A DNA stretch of 64,000 nt, from assembly GCF_009914755.1 (NCBI RefSeq), contig NC_060928.1; one strand, given 5' to 3'. Every line of letters begins with the position of its first letter. Positions within the stretch are counted from its first letter, which is position 1. The notes below the pieces were generated by a model. The model was given only the letters and a program-made list of their open reading frames with translations. It did no database searches and was not told the DNA's origin. This stretch comes from the human T2T-CHM13v2.0 reference genome, Homo sapiens. Of this stretch, positions 57,081 through 64,000 are shown one piece after another. A program made the position numbers and the translations under genes.

Positions 57081-58919
57081 TTCAAAGCTACACTATTTTG
57101 AACACAACCAGAAATAAGAATATATCCTATGATTAACTGAATGAAATGAATTTGTATCAGTATCAAGTCAATACACAGGGAAATATCTTGAAATGTAATG
57201 TTAAATGATGTTATTAAAGATGACATGTTACATATTCTGAAGTGGAAATTAGCCCTGTGCAAGCACCATTCAGTAAGGCTTTCTTTGCTACCTATTCTGG
57301 ATATTAAAATTTCAAGGGTACCGTCAGTTAAGATCACTCAGTTTGGGTTTCTTTATTAGTAATAGGAAAGATTATTTTAATACCCTACAACAAGAGCAGC
57401 ATTAGCTGCTCACCAGTTGTTTAATGAGAATTGAACCCATGCTATGGAATCAAGAATATTAGGATGAAAATTATTTAACATGACATGTAGTGCACTCATA
57501 TCAAACTACAAACTACAGTATATTTTGTCTGTTAATTATCAATTTTTCTGCTGAAAGAAACTACTAAGACATTTACCCAGGTGCAGGAAACTTTTTTTTT
57601 TCCTGGCCTTTTCTAATCTTTTTACACAACATTTTTCTGTACTACTTCCTAATCTTTTACAGCATCCCACCTCAGCAAAAGACCCCGCTGATCGATCTAA
57701 ACCACTTTGACATTGAATAGGTCACTTTCTGTGTCAGGACTGATTGGTACTAATTGCAGAGAAGCATCTGTCCCAGTCTGCTCTTTTTTAAAGTTAAGAT
57801 TTTAAAGAAACAAGCACATCAATTGAATTGCTCTAGTTTTAGTTGTTTTGTTTTTAATTATTGGTGTATAGATCCCTGCGTATGTAGGACCCTGAAGATA
57901 GGAAGTTCTTTAATAGGCAAAACAATGGCTTTCAAAGCCTCAAAGTCTCTTTTCTCCATCTGAATTGCTGCATCGGGAGGAATTTTATCAATTTTTCTGA
58001 CATTTAAAGAAAAATAAAAACTCCTGATCAGAGTTCTCCAGACAGTGTCTCTTCAAATCCTGCAATGCCCTTTAGACTGCAATTACTTCTTTGTGATTCT
58101 TTCAAATGTCTCCTAATAGCAGCAGGTCTGGTTGAAACTGTCCACTTTTGGCTCACTGGGTTTTTAATTTTTAACTGCAAATGTGGTATAAAATCAGAAG
58201 AAAAGTGAATGTGCATTGATTGCAGTTATCTAAAAACGTTTGTTTAGGCCTTTTTTGCCATGTGGTCAGCAATACCTGATATGGCTTCCTCCAACTTCCA
58301 ACTATGATATCTATAAAATGAAAATAAATAAAATGTTAGAAAATAATTATGAAACTCTAGCACCTTTGGGGAAATAAATTATATGGCCTCATGGGAATCT
58401 TTGCTAACTTCCTATCTAGTAAAATTAGATTAAGAGTAACCTATTTGGGCTTTCTGACATGAAATTCCCAGGCTTCCTCTCATGAAAGGGGATTCCTAAA
58501 GCAGAAAATCAAAACAGGTAAGACAGTGATTCTTGCATTCCTCAGAATATGTCTCCTGACTCTAAATGGTTGTGTACCTTTTGGAAATAGCTGCCTTTCA
58601 CTTCTGTATTAAAATGCTTTCTCCCTTTCTCTCCTGTCTCCTTCTTTCTCTCTCTGTATCTGTCTTCCTTCTTTTTGGTCTTAACAGTGTAGAGTGACAT
58701 GAGGTGCAGCACTTCTCAAAAAAATATTCACCCATTAATTCTGCTATTTTTCTCCATCCAAATCTAAGTATAAATTACCAGGAAAGAGTGGTCTAAAACT
58801 GACGATGGTAGTGAAAGGTTGTATCTAAAAAAAAGTTAGATTAATAAAGTTAGATTAATAGAGCAATGTATATAAACATGGAAAACATAGAGAAGAAGAA
58901 ACTATAGCAGATAATAATT

Positions 58920-60150
58920 CCATTCGCTTAATACTTATTAATTGAGATTTACTGTGTGCAGGCAGTACTCCAGGCACTTGGAATACATCAATTAAAAAAA
59001 AAGATCTCTACCTCCTTGGGGCATATTTGGAAGACAGGCAATAAATAATTCACCTTTACAAAAACTAAATTATATAGTGCATTAGAAAAGGCAGTAATGG
59101 AAATGAAAAAGTAAATAAGCAAAGAGAATCAGTTGAGCTATCATAATCGTAGAGGTCAGAGTAGACAATATCGAAAAAATGAAATGTGTCACAGTTGGGG
59201 AATATAGCCATAGGAATTAATGGTAGAAGAGTATTATTCTAGACAGAAGGAACAACTACAACAAAGACTCTATGTTATGTGTGTTCCTACTGTGTTTCAG
59301 TAGCAACAAGCAGGCAAATGTAGCAGAGCAGAGTGAATAGGGAAAAATGTTAGAAAAGGATATCAGAAGAGTAAGATCGGACCAAATAAGGATGTCTTGG
59401 AGGCTATTTAGGGACATTGATTCTTTATTTGGTAAAAAAAAAAAAAAAAGGAAAAAAAAAAAGGCAAGGCATTTGTATTAGTCAGTGTTATCCAGAGAAA
59501 CAGAACCAATAGAGTATATATTGCCACATAAGAGGAGATTTATTATGAGAATTGGCTCACACAGTTATGGAGGTTGGAAGTCCCATAATCTTCAAGTTGA
59601 AGAGCAAGGAAAGCTTGTGGTGCAACCAGGCTGAGTCCAAAAGGCCTGAGAACTGGAGGTGGTGGGTGGCTAGTATAAGTCCCAGAGTCCAAATGCTCCC
59701 AAACCAGGAGCTCCAACATCCAAGGGCAGAAAAAGATAGATGTCTATCTCAAGAAAAGAGAAAGTTTTCTTTTCCTCCACTTTTTTTGTTCTTTTGTGCC
59801 CTGAATGGATTGGATAATGGCCACCTACATTGATGAGAGCAGATATTCTTTATTGAGTCTACTGGTTCAAATGCTAATCTCTTCTGGAAACAAACACTCT
59901 CACAGGCATACATAGAATAATGTTTCACCAGGTGCCTGGATATCCCTTAGACCACCCAAGCTGACACATAAAATTAACCATCACAGCATTATAAACTTTT
60001 GAATGGAATACTAACAATGTTTGTCTTACATTTATAATGATCTCTGTAAATGCACTGTTGAGAATAGACTGTTAAGGCTACAGAGGGTCAGGTTAGAGGC
60101 AATGATAGTAATAAGAAATGGACTAATAATGACGTAGAGATATTAGCTGC
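58920..60150 (-). mobile_element. L2 3' region, interrupted by MLT2
   Basis: 'cattcgcttaatacttattaattgagatttactgtgtgcaggcagtactccaggcacttggaataca' is a reverse-complement L2 3' end; resumes 'cttacattt..gatctct..ctgttgagaatagactg'. Confidence 0.75.
59474..59985 (-). mobile_element. MLT2 (ERVL) solo LTR
   Basis: 'tgtattagtcagtgttatccagagaaacagaaccaatag..ctgacacataaaattaaccatcaca'. Perfect 5-bp TSD GCATT. Confidence 0.95.
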
Positions 60151-60347
60151 AGTGAACATACAAATATCAGATAAAATAGACCTAAAAAAACAGCAGAGAG
60201 AGAGACAGAAGACAAAACAATTTATAATTTAAGCACACATGTGCCAAATATAGAGAGAGCAAAAACAGGCACCAAATATATGGAGAGCAAACACTTATAG
60301 TAATAAAGGGAGAAATAAATAATTAATCAGTGATAAGTAGAGACTTT

Positions 60348-62420
60348 TGTATTAGTTTCTTAGGATTGCCCTAAAATTACCTCAAACTCTGATGGTTTAA
60401 CTTCCTTGCCTACTCTAGTTTCTGGTGATTTGGGGGAATTCCTGGCATCCAATCTCTATCTTCACATGGTCTTTCCTCCCTTGTGTCTGCCTGTTTGTCT
60501 TCACGTGGTCTTCTTATAGATCACTAGTCACTGGATTTAGGTTTCATTCTATTTCAGTAAGACCTCATCTTCTTAAATTACAACTGCAAGGATGCTATTT
60601 ATAAGTTAGGTAAAATTAGGGGGTTATGGGCATTCATGAATTTTGAAGGGACACTACTCAACTGAATAGAGTGTATTCTCTGCCCACCCTCTACCAAATT
60701 TATACCTATGTGTAGAATGCTTTCATGCAATCCTAACATTCTCCAAAGTCTTAACTCATGGCATCATTAATTCTAAGTCCCATATTTTATCTAGATTCAG
60801 ACTCAAAAACTTCCAAATCTCATCATCCAAATTATCTAAGTCAAATAGGGGCAAGACTTTGGGTACAATCTATCCTGAGAAAAATTTCTTTTCATCTGTG
60901 GATAAGCCAAACTAAAAAACAAATTACATGATTCCAAAATATAATGGTGAGACAGGTGCAGAATAGACATTCCCATTCCACAATGCAGAAACTGGAAGGA
61001 AAAAAAGGGGTTACAGATCAAGAAAGTCCAAAATCAAAAAGGTAAAATTCCATTAGATTTTAATGCCTTCAAATAACACTCGTTGGTTGGAGGTGGCACA
61101 CTCTGGTCCTACACAGGCCACATGAGCCCCAGTATCTCAGCCCGTGAAGGTCTCATTGCCTTGACCTGTGGATGTAGTGGTCCTGCTCTCAGTTTCCTGC
61201 ATATAGAATCCTAGAAGTCTGATAGCTTTTCTTAATTTTATTCTGTCTACCCTCTTCAATCTAAGATGGCAGTGTTTTTGCTGATACAATGTTCTCAAAA
61301 CTCTTGTCAGTCTTCTGTGGAAGTCAAGGAGATCCATGACATGACAAAAGAAGGTTTTCCACAGATCCTTCTTGAATAACCCATCGCTATTATTGGCTTC
61401 TGCCTAGATAATTCACTGGACTCATAAATCACACATTCAATCTACTCAGCAAAAGTATTTTCCAACTATACTTGTGGCCCTGTTTACAAGCACACCTTTA
61501 GGATAGGCTGATAATTTTCTAAATCAACTAGTGCTGCTTCCTTTGTGCTTAGCAGTTCCTTCACCAATTTATCTTTTTTTTTCTTTTTTTTACATTTTAC
61601 CATAAGTGGCAAGGAAACCCGGATCACACCTTTTGCATTTTGCTTAGAAATCTTCTCGCTAAATATTCAAGTTTGTCACTTACAACTTCTACTTTCCATC
61701 TAATAACAGAATATAATCCAGCCTGGTGTTTTGTCTTTATAGAAAGGATTGCCTTTCCTTCGGTGTTCAGCAACACGTTCCTCACTTCCATCTAAGACCT
61801 CCACAGAAGCACCTTAAATGTTCATGTTGTAGCAACATTCTCTTCATGTTGATATATGAATCATCTTAGAAGATAGAACCCTTCTCTATGCTCTCCTCAC
61901 TTCTTTCTGAGCCCACAAGAGAATCGCCTTTAACATGTATGTTTCTACCAACAATCTCTTCAAGAAAATCTTGATTTTTTTTCTCTTGTGCATCTCGGAA
62001 TAATACTAGCCTCTATTTATCATCCAATTCCAAAGCCTATTTTAATGTGTAGTTATTTGTTAAAAGAGCACCCCATTTCCCAGCACCAAAATCTATCTCA
62101 GTTTTCTAGCAGTACTGTAACAAATTACCCCAAAGTTGGATGACTTAAAAAACAGACAATTATTTTCTCACATTTCTGGTAGATAGAGGTCTGAAGTCAA
62201 GGTGTTGGCAGAGCCCTGCCTCCTTTAAAGGCATGAGGGAAGGACCCTTCTTTGCTTCTCTTATCTTCTGGTGGTAGTTAGCTATCATTGGCCTTATTTG
62301 GCCCATGGCAGCATGACTCCAGTCTCTGCCACTGTCTTCAAATAGGCCTTTTCCTTGTGTGTCTATGTGTCTTCACACAATCTTCTTATAAAAGTGGACA
62401 TGGAGAGTGACCCTACATAA
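60348..62420 (-). mobile_element. MLT1B/C-like MaLR: LTR (60348-60670) - internal (60671-62093) - LTR (62094-~62420), inside L1M
   Basis: Two related LTRs ('aaattacc..aaa..gatg..ttaa', 'ccttgtgt..gtcttcac..tcttcttata'). Interior 'ccaaagtcttaactca..aatataatggtgagacagg..ccccatttcccagcaccaaaatc' resembles MLT1-int. Confidence 0.82.
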
Positions 62421-64000
62421 ATAAAGCTTTATATAAGCATATTACGAATAGTTGTACACCATAAAGTTAGATAACTTAAAGTGAAAAAATTCCTATGAAT
62501 ATGTAAACCAGTGAAATGAACTCAGGAAGAAACTGCCAATTCGAATAGACAAAAAACAAGTGAAGAGATGGAAATAGAATTAAAAATACTATCCACGCAC
62601 ACACACACACAAAAAAAAAAAAAGAAAAAGAAAAAGGAAAAAAAAGCCCTCAGGCCCAGATGGCTTCACTGCTGAATTCTACCAAACATTTAAAGAAAAA
62701 TTAATACCAATTCTTCACAAAATCTTCCAAAATATAAAGGAAAGAACTCTTCTCAATTCATTCTATGATGTCAGTATTACTCTATCAATAGAATAAAACA
62801 AACTACATGATTATCTCACTATACATATAAAAAACATTTGAAAAATTCAACACATTTATGTGATAAAAACACTCAACAAATTAGGATGGAAGAGAAATTT
62901 ATCAGTCTGATAAAGCGCATCTATGGAAAACCCACAACTAGCATCAGACTTAAAGGTAAAATACTGAATGCTTTTCGCCTGAAGATTAGGAACAAGACAA
63001 CGTGTCCATTCGCACCAATTCTATTTAAAATTTCACTGTGAGTTCTAGCAAGGAAAAGTAAGAAAATAAGATAAGAAAAAAAAAAGAAAAGAATATCAAT
63101 GTAAGATTCGAAAATATTGTATAGTAAATAATTCAACCCTGCTCAAAAAGTGCTCCAGCCGTTGCCCTAGGACACTAGGAGGTAATCTTCACATTCTTGG
63201 AATGTCAAGATAGGAGCACTTTTGCTTACCTGAGGTCCTTGAGCTAGCCACATAGTACCAATGTGACTCTGGATGGGGCTTTAGGTGAGTCATATGATAT
63301 TAGCTTAACCTCCTAAAGGGCTAGAGCTAAGATTGGTCATGGAGGCAGACAACTGTGCCCAAGGTATACTCTGAATATCAGAGATTGGGTGAGCTTCCCT
63401 GTTTCGAAATATTCTGTATATATTGTTACTTGTTGATAACAGGACAGTAATGCTGTCCTGACTCCACTGTGATAGAACAATTTGAAGCTCTACGTTTCAG
63501 GCCTTCCTGGACTTTGCCCTAATTCCTTCTCCTCTTGGTTGATTTTAATCTGTATCATGTAGTTATAATGAACCATAACCATGATTATAACAGCTTTCAG
63601 TGCATCCTGTGAGGTCTTGAGCATAATTTTTGGAACCACCCAAACTTAAAATTGGTTTCAGAACTAAGGGCAATCAGTAGACTTTTCCTTAACTTTGCCA
63701 TTGGCTAACCTTCACAACTATAAAGCTATTGGAAGTAAATCTTTATAACCTTGGATTTTGGTAATGGATTCTTAGAAATGATGCCAAAAGTATGAACAGC
63801 AACAAAAACAAATTACACAAATTTGACATCAACATGATTAAAACAATAAAGAATGACCTCTGTGTTTCAAAGGATGCTGTCAATTAAAAAAAAAAGACAA
63901 CCCATAAAATGGATGAAAACATTTGTGAATCATATATCTGATAAGGGATTTTATATAGAATATATAAAGCACTGTTAAAATTCAAAAGTAAGAAGACAAA
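62420..64000 (+). mobile_element. L1M ORF2 fragments (62420-63115, 63720-64000), split by a MER77-like LTR
   Basis: 'caggcccagatggcttcactgctgaattctaccaaacatttaaagaa'; ORF 62838-63041 (IYGKPTTSIRLKGKILNAFRLK) is L1 RT-like. Confidence 0.85.
63118..63716 (+). mobile_element. MER77/MER21-group LTR
   Basis: 'tgtatagtaaataattcaaccctgctcaaa..ggaggtaatc..ttggaatgtc..gggtgagcttccctg..aaccataaccatgattataacagcttt..ttcaca'. TSD-like aatat/actat. Confidence 0.7.

Overview
AT-rich, CpG-poor primate (human-like) genomic DNA, intergenic or deep intronic. I find no supportable host protein-coding gene, structural RNA gene or CpG island. The only ORFs with recognisable protein similarity are decayed LINE-1 ORF2 fragments; the rest are Alu-derived or chance ORFs. 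Much of the window is layered transposon debris: about 13 Alus, L1PA pieces, a ~7 kb near-full-length L1MA, older L1M/L2/MIR fragments, a solo LTR12 (ERV9), two MLT2 solo LTRs with perfect 5-bp TSDs, two MaLR (MLT1) elements retaining LTR-internal-LTR structure, MER39/MER67/MER77-like LTRs and MER5/MER8/MER81 DNA-transposon relics. The most notable unexplained structure: (i) a 24-bp LTR12 5' terminus bracketed by a 40-bp duplication; (ii) three dispersed 140-233 bp local direct duplications plus several perfect short tandem duplications; (iii) a tandem duplication that produced six TCF/LEF-type CTTTGAT motifs in 81 bp; (iv) several repeat-poor blocks with enhancer-like motif clusters. Repeat subfamily names come from recalled consensus sequences, not a database search. 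Mismatch counts are hand alignments. I do not see convincing evidence for a new biological system.
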